Shown: positions 27,396-37,907 of the stretch, in pieces
Layout: every line of letters begins with the position of its first letter
How positions within the stretch are numbered: the first letter of the stretch is position 1
Source: an uncultured delta proteobacterium
Lineage (GTDB): Bacteria > Desulfobacterota > RBG-13-43-22
Length of the DNA stretch: 64,000 bases
Direction: 5' to 3'
NCBI GenBank assembly: GCA_963746605.1
Contig: CAVVCH010000054.1
Coordinates: 21,366 to 85,365, forward strand
Made by a program: the position numbers and the translations under genes
The notes under the pieces: model-generated
Told to the model about the DNA's origin: nothing
Databases searched by the model: none
Seen by the model: the letters and a program-made list of their open reading frames with translations, nothing else

Positions 27396-29127
27396 CTACC
27401 GCACCGTCAGGTGCCGGTACTTCGGGAGATAGCGCACCGGTTTTTTTAACGCGTCCCGGCGAAAGGGTTCGGCCAGGACCTTTTCACCGCCTTCGATCAC
27501 CGCGTTGATCACGCAGGGCCGGTTGGACTTGACGGCCTCGCGCACCACCTCCGGCACATCCCGGTAATCCTCTACCCGAAAGCCTTTGGCCCCCATATCC
27601 TCAGCCAAACGCGCGATAATCCGGATTGTCCGGCAGGTTGGAGCCCACAAAACGGTTATCGTAATAATCGATCTGATTTTTCTTTTCCGCGCCCCACTCA
27701 AAGTTATTGGCTACTACGGCAATCACCGGAATATTCTCCCGCACCGCCGTCATGACTTCGGCCAGGCCGCTGATCCCGTAGGCCCCGTCCCCCTGGAAGG
27801 CAAAAACCGGCGTTTTCATCCGGCCGATCTTGGCCCCCAGGGCAGCCCCGTAGGCAAAGCCGCAGTTTCCCCAGCTCAAGGCGGCCAGGTGCTGCCGGAC
27901 GTCGGTGAATTTCAGATAGGCATTGCACAGGGAGGAATTATTGCCGATGTCCGTGCTGACGATGGAACCCGCCGGGATGGCCCGGGACAGCTCCCATAGA
28001 AATCGCCGAGGATGCATCAGCCGGGAGGTGGAGAAAGATTTCTTCCTTAATTCCTCGGACCAGTCCCCCTTCTCCTTTTCCAACTCCCGCAGCCGTTTTC
28101 GAACCACTTTTTTCTCCGGTTTGCGGTTTTTGAGCAGCAGGATCATTTCCCGGGCGAAAGCCTTCACCTCCGCCGGGCTGGCCACGTCCACCCGCCGGCT
28201 GAGTCCCAGGACCCGGGCATTCACGTCCACCTGGATGAGTTTGGCCTGTTTGGGCCAGTAATCCAATCCGTACTGGGGCAGGGTGCCGAAGGGTCCCAGA
28301 CGGGTGCCCAAAGCCAGCACCACATCCGCTTGGGCCAAGGTCCGCATGGCCGCCTTGGAGCCGCAATAGCCGATGGGTCCCACGGCCAGCGGGTGGTCCC
28401 CAGGGAAAGAATCGTTGTGCAGGTAGGTGTTGGCCACCGGGGCGGTGAGGTATTCGGCCAGGGCCATCACTTCCTCCAGGGCGTCCCCCTGGGAGACCCC
28501 GCCGCCGGCCAGGATGACCGGGTTTTTGGCCTTGAGCAGCATTCGGGCGGCCGCTTCCAGGGCCTCCCTCGGACCACTGCCCCGAGAGACGGTCAAGGAA
28601 GGGTAGATCTCGTCCTCGCACAGGCCGTAGAAATAATCCCGGGGGATATTTAATTGGGTGGGGCCGTTTTCCAGCTTGGCCAGGTAGAAGGCCCGGCGGG
28701 CCAACTCGGCCATCCGCTCCGGCCGATTGACGCGCACCTGGTACACGGTCTGTTCCTTGAACCAGGCCATCTGGTCCAGTTCCTGGAACCCGCCGGTCCC
28801 GATCCCCAGGGACCCCGTTTCCGGGGTGATGGCCACTACCGGCGAGTGGGCCCAGAAGGCGGCGGTGACGGCGGAAACGAAATTGGCCGCCCCCGGCCCG
28901 TTCTGGGCGATGCAGACCTGGGGCCGGCCGGTCACCCGGGCCAGGCCGTCGGCCGCATGGGCCGCCGCCTGCTCGTGGGCCACGGAAACAAAGCGGATGC
29001 CCGCCGCCGGAAACAGATCCAGGGCGTCCATAAAGGCCGAGCCCACAATTCCAAAAACCGTCTTTACTCCTTCGGCCACCAGGGTCTCGACCAGCGCTTC
29101 GCTGGGGGTCATTTGTTGCTTGGGCAT
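27396..29127 (-). CDS. Thiamine-pyrophosphate enzyme (acetolactate synthase / sulfoacetaldehyde acetyltransferase-like), frameshift near 27600-27700
   Basis: ORF 27601..29127 has the TPP N-terminal and central domains (IAQNGPGAANF, GYCGSKAAM); ORF 27396..27701 is the C-terminal tail. Confidence 0.75.
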
Positions 29128-29154
29128 GATTTTAACCTCCTAAACGTTCAATTT

Positions 29155-30626
29155 CTAATCGATCCAATCAAAAGTGCGGGTGACGGCCTTCTGCCAACCG
29201 CGATACAGCCGGTCGCGCCGTTCCTCCTCCATGTGGGGCTGCCAGGTTTTGTCGGCCTGCCAGTTTCGGCGCAGTTCCTCCAGATTGGACCAGAAGCCGA
29301 CCGCCAGGCCGGCTGCGTAAGCCGCCCCGAGAGCGGTGGTTTCGGAGATCCGGGGACGGATGACCGGGACATCGAGGATGTCCGCCTGGAACTGCATCAG
29401 CAGCTCGTTTTGGACCATCCCGCCGTCCACTCGCAGGGAGCGCAACCGAACGCCGCTGTCTTTGTTCATCGCCTCCAGCACTTCGCGGGTCTGATAGGCC
29501 GTGGCTTCCAGGGCGGCCCGGGCGATGTGCCCCTTGTTCACGTAGCGGGTCATCCCGACGATGGCCCCCCGGGCGCTGTCCTTCCAGTAAGGCGCGTATA
29601 ACCCGCTGAAGGCCGGCACGAAGTAGATGCCGCCGTTGTCGTCCACGGAGCCGGCCAGTTCCTCCACTTCGGCGGCCTGCCCGATCAGACCGAGGTTGTC
29701 CCGCAGCCATTGCACCAGCGCGCCGGCTACGGCGATCGAGCCTTCCAGGGCGTAGATCGGTTTTTGCTTCCCCAACCGGTACCCCGGAGTGGTCAGCAGG
29801 CCGTTTTTCGAAGGCACCGCGGTTTCTCCGGTGTTGATCAGCATGAAGCAGCCGGTACCGTAGGTGTTCTTGGCCTCACCGGGGGAGAAGCAGGTCTGCC
29901 CGAACAGGGCGGCCTGTTGGTCGCCGAGAATCCCCGATACCGGCACGCCCTGGCGCGTATGGCCGTAAACCTCACTCGAGGAAACGATCCGGGGCAGCAG
30001 GGCTCGGCGGCACCCCCAGTTCGCGGAGAAGGTCTTCATCCCAATCCAGGGTCTCCAGGTTCATCAGCAGGGTCCGACCGGCATTGGTCACATCGGTCAC
30101 GTGAGCGCCGGTCAGGTTCCAGACCAGCCAGGCGTCGATGGTCCCGAACAATAATTCGCCGTTTTCGGCCCGCTTTCGGGCGCCGGGCACCTGGTCCAGG
30201 AGCCAGAGGATTTTCGGGGCCGAGAAATAGGTGGCCAGCGGCAGGCCGGTCTTTGGCCGGAATCGATCCTGCCCCCCCTGCGCGGCCAGTTCGGCACAGA
30301 GGCCGGCCGTGCGCGTATCCTGCCAGACCAGGGCGTTGTAGATCGGGCTGCCCGGTGGACTTTTCCCAGATCACCGTTGTCTCCCGCTGGTTGGTAACGC
30401 CGATGGCGGCCAGGTCGCCCGGTTCGCCCCGGACCAATCCCAGGGCCTCGGCGAACACCCCCAGAGTCCGGGCCCAAATCTCGGTCGGGTCATGCTCCAC
30501 CCAACCCGGTCGCGGATATATCTGCCGGTGCTCCTGCTGGGCAGCGGCCTTCGGCTGCCCCGCCTGGTCAAAAAGAATACATCGGGTACTGGTGGTCCCC
30601 TGATCGATGGCAGCGACGTATTTCAT
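29155..30626 (-). pseudogene. glpK: Glycerol kinase split into three or more ORFs
   Basis: ORFs 30036..30626 ([15 protein letters not shown]), 29972..30190 and 29155..30039 (...[11 protein letters not shown]...[11 protein letters not shown]...) together give a complete GlpK. Confidence 0.75.
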
Positions 30627-30725
30627 GGGGAGGCTCCTTTTTTTTGAAAAAAGTATCTTTTTTGCTTTTTTTTTAAAAGACTAAAATGGTATTCTTGCCT
30701 AATTTATTTCTTAAGGAGGAGCCTC

Positions 30726-30824
30726 ATGGCCAAATCAATGGACGCCAAGAAGGACGCAAAAAAGAAGCCGGCCAAAACCGCCAAAGAGAAAAAGAAGGCC
30801 AAACAGGAAAAAAAGAAGAAATAG
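30726..30824 (+). CDS. Small lysine-rich protein (32 aa)
   Basis: MAKSMDAKKDAKKKPAKTAKEKKKAKQEKKKK*; RBS AAGGAGGAG 6 nt upstream of ATG; not in the ORF track because of length. Confidence 0.4.
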   Translation: MAKSMDAKKDAKKKPAKTAKEKKKAKQEKKKK

Positions 30825-30956
30825 GGGGGCTGACCCGGCTCTGAAAAATTGCCCTTCCGCTCCCTGCCTGGGTGAGGGCCGGGAGCGGGGGGCCGCCCCG
30901 CTTCGGCCTGACTTTCCCTCCCTCATCATGATCCCGCGAAGATACTGACTGAAAAG

Positions 30957-31043
30957 ATGAACGTCGAACATCGAACTTCCAACATCGAATGTTGAATGAA
31001 TGGAGTCTTGTTTTTCATTCGACATTGGGCGTTCGATGTTCAT
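30957..31043. repeat. Family D palindromic element (GAACATCGAAC ... GTTCGATGTTC)
   Basis: ATGAACGTCGAACATCGAACTTCCAACATCGAATGTT...CGTTCGATGTTCAT; second copy at 41518-41657. Confidence 0.65.
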
Positions 31044-31066
31044 TTTAATACGATCGGATAGGCGGA

Positions 31067-32365
31067 CTAAGCCTTTTCCACGGACAATGCCACCTTTTCC
31101 ACCTTGGCCAAATCCTTTTCGTAGAAGAAGGACCCGATAAAAAACAGCAGACCGGCCCAAAGGGCCGCCAGCGGCAGGAGGCTCATGGCCGTCTGGATCC
31201 CGTAGCGATCCGAAAGCATCCCCACCGCCAGCGGGCCCAGGGCGCTGCCCAACAGGTGCATGATGATTACGCACAGGCTGTAGGACGTGGCCCGTAGACC
31301 GGGATGGACTACATCCTGGGTGACGGCAATGGCCGAGGAAGCAAAGGCGATGGCTGTGGTTCCACCCGCCAGAAAAAGGTAAAACTGGGCCGGTCCCTGG
31401 AGCAAATAAAAACCAACAATAAAGATGATGCCGGTCACAGTGGAAGAGAGGGCGCTGAACAGCAACCGGGCATTGGCCTTTTTTTTCAACCACCGGTCGG
31501 CCAGATACCCGCCCAGGGGAGACCCGAAGATGGCCATGAGCATGATTAGACTGCTTTTCAAGGAAGCCTTATCCATGGGCAGGCCCTGGACCCGGTTGAA
31601 ATAGGAAGGCAGCCAGCTCATCAGGGCCGTGGTTAAAAACGTATTCCCGGAAAAGGCAAAAAAAGTCAGGTACAGGGAAGGGGTTTGGGTAAATTCCCGG
31701 ACGATCTCCGGCGCCGTCATTCTTTGGGGTGGTCTCGCTTGATCCGGGCGTTTATCCGACTTGACCAGCTCGACCGTACGATAGTCTTTCACGAAGAAGA
31801 AAAGCAGGGCGATCAGCAGTCCGGGCAGGGCCACGATACCAAAGGCGTGACGCCAGCCGTAGCGCGTGGCGATAAACCCGCCCAGGGCGATCCCCAGGGC
31901 GCTGCCCAGGGGAATGGAGGCATTCCAGATCCCAACGATCATGGAGCGTTTTTTTTCCGGAAACAAGGCCGCGATCATGGCCGTCCCGCCCGGGGCATAC
32001 CCGGCCTCTCCGATGCCGATGGCCGTCCGGGACAAAAAAAGTTGGGGGAAATTTTTGGCGAAGGCGCAGGCGGCCGTGGCCAGGCTCCATAAAACCGCCA
32101 TGACGCCGATGCATTTCTTGCGACTCCAACGGTCGATGAGCAGGGAAACGGGAAAAGAAAAAACAAGAATGGCCCAGGAAACGGCCGAGACCAAAAGCCC
32201 GCATTGGGTGTCGGTCAGGCCCCAATCCCTTTTCAGGAAGGGAAACAGGGAGACCACCACCAAGCGGTCAATGTAGTCGAACATGTAGAGTAGAAACAGC
32301 AGGGTAAAGACGTAATACGAATAGCCTTTGGATAATAAATAGCCTTCCGATTGGCCGTTGTCCAT
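31067..32365 (-). CDS. MFS transporter
   Basis: 432 aa, 12 predicted hydrophobic segments, MFS signature region ...LIDRWSRKK... Confidence 0.85.
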   Translation of the reverse strand: MDNGQSEGYLLSKGYSYYVFTLLFLLYMFDYIDRLVVVSLFPFLKRDWGLTDTQCGLLVSAVSWAILVFSFPVSLLIDRWSRKKCIGVMAVLWSLATAACAFAKNFPQLFLSRTAIGIGEAGYAPGGTAMIAALFPEKKRSMIVGIWNASIPLGSALGIALGGFIATRYGWRHAFGIVALPGLLIALLFFFVKDYRTVELVKSDKRPDQARPPQRMTAPEIVREFTQTPSLYLTFFAFSGNTFLTTALMSWLPSYFNRVQGLPMDKASLKSSLIMLMAIFGSPLGGYLADRWLKKKANARLLFSALSSTVTGIIFIVGFYLLQGPAQFYLFLAGGTTAIAFASSAIAVTQDVVHPGLRATSYSLCVIIMHLLGSALGPLAVGMLSDRYGIQTAMSLLPLAALWAGLLFFIGSFFYEKDLAKVEKVALSVEKA

Positions 32366-32410
32366 TGATTCTTCTTAATATGAGACTGGAACAGAAATGC
32401 AAGAGGGCCG

Positions 32411-32808
32411 TTACGGCACGACCTCAAACCCTTGCTCTTTAAAATGGGGGTCAAAGGCAAACGCCCTTCGGATCCCGGTTTCCCGCATAACCTCGAAACT
32501 TACACAATCCACGAGACTCAGACGCCTTCTGGATGAAGAAAGCAGGGCTGCCGTTGCCAGACGATGCATTTTAGGGGTAATAAACTCCAAGGAAAGGAGG
32601 GGAAAATATCCTCCTGGAATCTTCGGACCGCTTCCATCCCTAGGCGGCCCTGCACTAAAGCCAAGGTCTCCACCAGGATATAGTTGCTGGTTACCAGTGT
32701 GTAATTTACATCCAGGATTCGATTCCATTCCCGTCCGGCCTTCAAGTGATGTTCATCCGTCCGGTCGAGCAGGGCGTAAAAGGCGGAGGTATCGATAAAA
32801 ACCCTCAT
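32411..32808 (-). CDS. vapC: Type II toxin, PIN domain (VapC family), frameshifted
   Basis: ORF 32518..32808 MRVFIDTSAFYALLDRTDEHH... plus ORF 32411..32728 ...DCVSFEVMRETGIRRAFAFDPHFKEQGF complete the PIN domain. Confidence 0.6.
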
Positions 32809-33068
32809 CGTTTATAAGCCGCTTCGAGATAGGCATCATGCTTCCCGGAAATATCGCTTTTCCCGGAACTGAATTTTCCAACTATTTCCCTAGCTCGTTT
32901 AACCCGTTCTTCCCGGTCGATAGCGGGGCTCGAATGAATGATCCCCTCGACCGCCTGACGTATGATTTCAGCTATGGAAACACCCCGGGCGGTGGCCAAC
33001 TTCTTCACCATCCTGGCCTGATCATCCGTCAATTGAATCTGTGTTCTAGACTCATATATAGCTCCCAT
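32805..33068 (-). CDS. Type II antitoxin (RHH-type)
   Basis: 87 aa; 4-bp overlap with the PIN toxin start. Confidence 0.55.
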   Translation of the reverse strand: MGAIYESRTQIQLTDDQARMVKKLATARGVSIAEIIRQAVEGIIHSSPAIDREERVKRAREIVGKFSSGKSDISGKHDAYLEAAYKR

Positions 33069-33144
33069 TCAACATGCAATTAGTTGACATTATGATTACA
33101 TTTTTCCCGGTCGAGCGCGTCAAGATAGGGAGACCATTCCCCTG

Positions 33145-34839
33145 TCAGGCTTTATACCCCCCCAGGTTGGCCAAAGCAATGCTTCCCGGGCTGATGACCG
33201 TGGGATCGGTCATGACGTTGATGCAGGCCGTCTTCCCCGAGGCAAAGGCCTCCTCCAGGGCCGGCCGGATCCCCGCGGGTTGATCCACAAAGAGCCCCAG
33301 CCCGCCCAGGGCCTCCACCATCTTGTGGTAATCCACCTTCCCGATATAGGTACCCTCCGGGATGGCCCGCCCGATCTTGATTTCCTGGCTGTGGCGGATC
33401 ATACCCCAACCCAGATCGTTGTTGATGACCACCACAATGGGCAATTGTTTACGGATGGCCGTCTCAAACTCCATGAAGTTGAAGCCCACCGATCCGTCGC
33501 CGGTGAGCAGGCAGACCCGTTTATCGGGATTCAGGAGCTGGGCGGCGTTGGCAAAGGGCAGTCCCACGGCCAGGCAGCCGAACAGGCCGTAGTCCAAATA
33601 ATGACCGGGACGACGGACCGTCCGGGTCATCCCCATCCAGGTGGTGGTATCGCCGCCGTCGGCCACGACGAAGTCCTCCTCGCGGTTCATAAAGTCGTCG
33701 ACCTCCCGGGCCAGCCGCAAAGGATGGATGGGGACCTGATCGCCTTCCCAGTTGGGCCGGGTCATGGCCTTGTTGTCGGACTCCGATTTTTTGAGTTCGG
33801 CGATCCAGCCGGCGAATTGATGTTGCAGACCCTCGGCCGCTCCCTGATGATCGATCAGGCGGTTTAGTTGGGTCAGCAATGCCCGGAGATCACTGACTAT
33901 GGCCAAGTCCACCGCCCGGTTGCGCCCCAGCTCCTCCCCCTGGATATCCACCTGGACCAGCTTGGCCTGGGGATTGAAAACCTCACCGAAGATATAAAAG
34001 AGGCTGATGCGGTTGCCTAAGAGAATAACCAGATCGGTATTCATGAAGGCAAAAAAGCCGGCACCGGGTCGAATGGCCAGCGAAGATTCGAAGCACAGAG
34101 GATGGGTATCCGGGACAGTCCCCCGCCCCAGCCCCGCGGTAAAGACCGGCAGGCCGGTTTTCTCGACAAACTCGGTCAGGGCCGCTTCAGCCCCGGCGTA
34201 CCAGGCCCCGCTGCCGGCAATGACCACCGGCTTCCGGGCCTGACGAATCATTTCGATCAGCGCGGCCGCCTGATCCGGGTCGGCCGGGTGGGAATCCACT
34301 TCGGTCCTTCTTTTTTTTGCCTGATAGGGGTCCACGGCGCCGTTTAAAATATCGATCGGCAGCTCCAGGTAGACCGGTCCCGGCCGGCCGCTTCGGGCCG
34401 TGCGGAAGGCCTGATCGATATACTCCGGGATCCGTTCGGTCCGCTGGCAGACCAGGGCCTTTTTGACCATGGGCTCAATCACCGGGAGCTGGCGCATATC
34501 CTGGAGATCCAATTTTTCACAACTGTCGATCCCCACACAGCCGGAGATCAAGACCAGCGGGGTGTTGGCCAGATAGGCGCTGGCCACGGCGGTCAGAGAA
34601 TTCGTAAAACCCGGTCCGGCAGTGACCATGGCCACTCCGGGTTTTCGGGTCAGCCGTCCGTAGGCCTCGGCCATGAAGACCGCCGCCTGTTCATGCCGCG
34701 TGTCGAACAACCGAACCGGTGAATGCTCCAGGTACTGGTAAATAGGGGTGATGTGCCCCCCGCTCAAGGTGAAAACATATTCCACGTCTCTTTCGATCAA
34801 CGCTTCAGCGGCAAGCTGACCGCCGGAAATGGTGGACAT
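33145..34839 (-). CDS. Thiamine-pyrophosphate-binding enzyme (acetolactate synthase family)
   Basis: About 564 aa; TPP N-terminal domain, GDGS...NN TPP-binding motif (LTGDGSVGFNFMEFETAIRKQLPIVVVINNDLGWG); start set at MSTISGG with AAGGAG RBS. Confidence 0.85.
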   Translation of the reverse strand: MSTISGGQLAAEALIERDVEYVFTLSGGHITPIYQYLEHSPVRLFDTRHEQAAVFMAEAYGRLTRKPGVAMVTAGPGFTNSLTAVASAYLANTPLVLISGCVGIDSCEKLDLQDMRQLPVIEPMVKKALVCQRTERIPEYIDQAFRTARSGRPGPVYLELPIDILNGAVDPYQAKKRRTEVDSHPADPDQAAALIEMIRQARKPVVIAGSGAWYAGAEAALTEFVEKTGLPVFTAGLGRGTVPDTHPLCFESSLAIRPGAGFFAFMNTDLVILLGNRISLFYIFGEVFNPQAKLVQVDIQGEELGRNRAVDLAIVSDLRALLTQLNRLIDHQGAAEGLQHQFAGWIAELKKSESDNKAMTRPNWEGDQVPIHPLRLAREVDDFMNREEDFVVADGGDTTTWMGMTRTVRRPGHYLDYGLFGCLAVGLPFANAAQLLNPDKRVCLLTGDGSVGFNFMEFETAIRKQLPIVVVINNDLGWGMIRHSQEIKIGRAIPEGTYIGKVDYHKMVEALGGLGLFVDQPAGIRPALEEAFASGKTACINVMTDPTVISPGSIALANLGGYKA

Positions 34840-34853
34840 GGTAAGCTCCTTTT

Positions 34854-34982
34854 GTTGCTGGTTGCTGGTTGCTGGTTTTATTTCCAATCGGTTTCAACAA
34901 ATTCAATAAACTTATTGATCTTTCTCCCTAATTCATCATTTTCTTGTTTTGAATATTCAACCAGTAACCAGCAACCAGCAAC
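34854..34982. repeat. Family E element: inverted arrays of GTTGCTGGTT-type repeats around an AT-rich spacer
   Basis: GTTGCTGGTTGCTGGTTGCTGGTT (34854-34877) ... AACCAGTAACCAGCAACCAGCAAC (34958-34981). Confidence 0.7.
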
Positions 34983-34987
34983 TGTCT

Positions 34988-35824
34988 TTAAAGTTCCATC
35001 AACTGTCCGCCGGTCACGTTGACGGCCTGGCCGGTCATATAGGAGGACTCTTGGGAGGCCAGAAAAGCAACCAGATTGGCCACCTCCTCCGGCGAACCGA
35101 TACGACGCAGGGGGATGGTCTGGCACATGGCCTGTTCGCGCTCTTCGCTGGTACAGGAATAGAATTGCGCTTCCAGACCGAAGCGCCATTTTTCCAGATC
35201 GGTCATCACCTGGCCGGGACAAATGGCGTTCACCCGGATATTCATTCCGGCCAATTCCTGAGCCATGACCTTGGTGAGCATGATCAAGCCGGCCTTGGCC
35301 ACGGCGTAGGCCCCGTTGAACAAGGGCGGGACCTTTCCGGCCCGGGAAGCGGTGTTGACGATGCTTCCTCCGTTATTCATCATCAAAGGAAGCAGCGCCC
35401 GGGTCACCCGGAAGACGCTGTGCAGATTGACGTCGATGGTCTTCAGCCAATCGGCTTCGTTATAGGTATGAAACAAATTCGGGACGCCGAAGGAGGCCCC
35501 GGCATTATTGGCCAGCACATCAAGGCGACTGAATCGCTCTTTGATTTTTTCCACCATCCTTTGGATGGATTCATTGGCGGTCACATCCACCTCCACCCCC
35601 AGGGCCGCCACCCCATATTCATCCACCACTTTTTGGACGAGCCCTTCCAGTTCTTCCCTGGTTCCGGTCTTGACTGGTCCGTTGTCCGTCCCTTCCCTTC
35701 CCAGGTCGGCCAGGATAACATTCATTCCGGAGGCGGCCAGTTTCCGCCCAATGGCGTAACCGATTCCGGTCTCTTTTCCCGCTCCGGTCACCAGGGCCGT
35801 CTTGCCTTTTAGATCAGCATACAT
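34988..35824 (-). CDS. SDR family oxidoreductase
   Basis: 278 aa; TGAGKETGIG, NNAG, YAVAKAG catalytic motif. Confidence 0.9.
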   Translation of the reverse strand: MYADLKGKTALVTGAGKETGIGYAIGRKLAASGMNVILADLGREGTDNGPVKTGTREELEGLVQKVVDEYGVAALGVEVDVTANESIQRMVEKIKERFSRLDVLANNAGASFGVPNLFHTYNEADWLKTIDVNLHSVFRVTRALLPLMMNNGGSIVNTASRAGKVPPLFNGAYAVAKAGLIMLTKVMAQELAGMNIRVNAICPGQVMTDLEKWRFGLEAQFYSCTSEEREQAMCQTIPLRRIGSPEEVANLVAFLASQESSYMTGQAVNVTGGQLMEL

Positions 35825-35986
35825 GGATTACCCTTTCAACTCTTGACTGACTCCCCTCCTTAAATCAAAAAAGGGCCGGGGTGTCAATGGAAGAAAGGTT
35901 CGGGTTCCAAAAGCTCCTCAGTCCCTTTCGTTGCAATCTTTCCCCTTTGTGCTACACTGCTCCAAATTTACAAGGAGCTTAATCTT

Positions 35987-37711
35987 ATGAACCTGCGCAT
36001 TGCCCTGGCCCAGATCAACGCTATTGTAGGGGACCTTCCGGGAAATCGCCGGAAGATCGAAGTGCAATTGGAACTGGCCCGAAAGCAGGAAGTGGACCTG
36101 GTGGCCTTTCCGGAAATGGCCGTCACCGGATATCCGCCCGAGGACCTGCTCCTGAAACCGGATTTCGTTTATGCCGCCCGGCAGGTCCTCCTGGACCTCC
36201 TTCCCCAAACCAAAGGGTTGGTGGCCGTTATCGGCGGCCTCTGGGTGGAAGACGATCTCTATAACAGCGCCCTGGTCGTGGCCGACGGTCAAATCCAGGC
36301 GGTCTATCATAAACAATTGCTTCCCAATTACGGGGTTTTTGATGAAAACCGCTACTTCAAGGTGGGGCAAGCCAATGCCGTGTTTCGCTTGGGCGAGGTT
36401 TGTTTCGGGGTCAGCGTCTGCGAAGACCTCTGGTACCCGGACGGCCCGGCCCAGGAACAGGCCGGTCCAGGCGGGGCCCAACTGCTGATCAACATCTCCT
36501 CCTCTCCTTTTTACCTGGGCAAGGGAGGCGATCGGGAGCGGATGCTGGCCACCCGGGCGGCGGACAATCGATCCTATCTGGCCTATTGCAACCTGGTAGG
36601 CGGGCAGGATGAACTGGTCTTCGACGGACAGAGCCTGATTTTCGGTCCCCAGGGAGAACTCCTGGCCCGGGCATTCCAATTTGAGGAAGATTTTCTGGTA
36701 GCCGATCTGGACCTGACCGAAGTCTTTCGCTGGCGTCTCTTTGATCCGCGACGGCGGAAGCAGCCCCGAGAGAACAGCGGCCGCCTAAGGGAGATCGTTA
36801 TTCCGCCCTTTCATCCGGTTTCCAAGACGGTCCCCGTCGAACCTAAAAAGCAAGTGCCTCTGAACCGTTCCGCCGAAGGATACCGGGCCCTCGTCTTAGG
36901 CACCGGAGACTACGTGCGCAAGAACGGATTTAAGGAAGTGGTGCTGGGTCTTTCCGGCGGGGTGGATAGTTCCCTGACCGCCGTTCTGGCCGCCGATGCC
37001 CTGGGGCCCGAACGGGTGCACGGCATTGCCCTGCCCACCCGTTTTTCCTCTTCTCACAGTCTGGAAGACGCCGAGCAATTGGCCCAAAATCTTGGCATTC
37101 ATTTTTCCGTCATCCCCATCGACACCCTATTTCAAACCTACCTGGAGGTCCTGAACCCCCATTTTCGAGGGCTGCCGGAGGAACTGACGGAGGAAAACCT
37201 GCAACCCCGAATCCGGGGAACGATCCTGATGGCCCTTTCCAATAAATTCGGCTGGCTGGTGCTGACTACCGGGAACAAGAGCGAGACCGGTGTGGGGTAT
37301 TCCACCCTTTACGGAGATACGGCCGGCGGATTCGCCGTGCTGAAGGATGTGCCCAAGATCCTGGTCTACGAACTGTGCCGTTACCGGAATCAAATCGCCG
37401 GGAAAGAGCTTCTTCCCCGCCGGGTCCTGGAAAAACCCCCTTCCGCGGAGCTTCGTCCTGACCAGAAGGATTCCGATTCCCTCCCCGAATACGACCTGCT
37501 GGATCCCATTCTTCAGGCCTATGTGGAAGAAAGTTGCTCCCTGGAGGAGATAGTCCGGAGGGGTTTTGATCAGGGCTTGGTGGAAAAGGTGATCCGCCTG
37601 GTGGACCGCAACGAATACAAACGCCGCCAAAGCCCGCCGGGCATCAAAATAACCACCCGGGCCTTCGGCAAGGACTGGCGTTTGCCGATTACCAATCGCT
37701 ACCAGCGGTAG
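35987..37711 (+). CDS. nadE: Glutamine-dependent NAD+ synthetase
   Basis: 574 aa; N-terminal CN-hydrolase domain (AFPEMAVTGY, EDLWYP) and C-terminal NAD synthetase domain (GLSGGVDSS). Confidence 0.9.
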   Translation: MNLRIALAQINAIVGDLPGNRRKIEVQLELARKQEVDLVAFPEMAVTGYPPEDLLLKPDFVYAARQVLLDLLPQTKGLVAVIGGLWVEDDLYNSALVVADGQIQAVYHKQLLPNYGVFDENRYFKVGQANAVFRLGEVCFGVSVCEDLWYPDGPAQEQAGPGGAQLLINISSSPFYLGKGGDRERMLATRAADNRSYLAYCNLVGGQDELVFDGQSLIFGPQGELLARAFQFEEDFLVADLDLTEVFRWRLFDPRRRKQPRENSGRLREIVIPPFHPVSKTVPVEPKKQVPLNRSAEGYRALVLGTGDYVRKNGFKEVVLGLSGGVDSSLTAVLAADALGPERVHGIALPTRFSSSHSLEDAEQLAQNLGIHFSVIPIDTLFQTYLEVLNPHFRGLPEELTEENLQPRIRGTILMALSNKFGWLVLTTGNKSETGVGYSTLYGDTAGGFAVLKDVPKILVYELCRYRNQIAGKELLPRRVLEKPPSAELRPDQKDSDSLPEYDLLDPILQAYVEESCSLEEIVRRGFDQGLVEKVIRLVDRNEYKRRQSPPGIKITTRAFGKDWRLPITNRYQR

Positions 37712-37904
37712 TTGCTGGTTACCGGTTGCTGGTTACTCGTTACTGGTTACTGGTGCTGGGTTATGAAGTTCAAATTTCATTCATGAAATCTTCATCGCCA
37801 GTTGAAACGACAGGTTGTATATATCAAGATCTCGGTAGCTTTTCATTTGGCCTCCTTTAGCAATTTGTTCAACCGGCAACCAGGAACGTGCAACCAGCAA
37901 CGAG
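37712..37904. repeat. Family E element
   Basis: GTTGCTGGTTACCGGTTGCTGGTTACTCGTTACTGGTTACTGG ... CAACCGGCAACCAGGAACGTGCAACCAGCAAC. Confidence 0.7.
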
Positions 37905-37907
37905 TTA

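Noticed and set aside
27938-30603. Series of long antisense ORFs (27938..28621, 28654..29601, 29168..29710, 29710..30603)
   Set aside because: They overlap the TPP enzyme and glpK on the opposite strand and have Arg/Gly/Pro-rich composition typical of antisense frames in GC-rich DNA.
30735-31493. 252-aa minus-strand ORF overlapping the small Lys-rich ORF and the family D repeat
   Set aside because: Its N-terminal part is the translation of the family D repeat (…NIERPMSNEKQ…) and the rest overlaps the MFS gene antisense.
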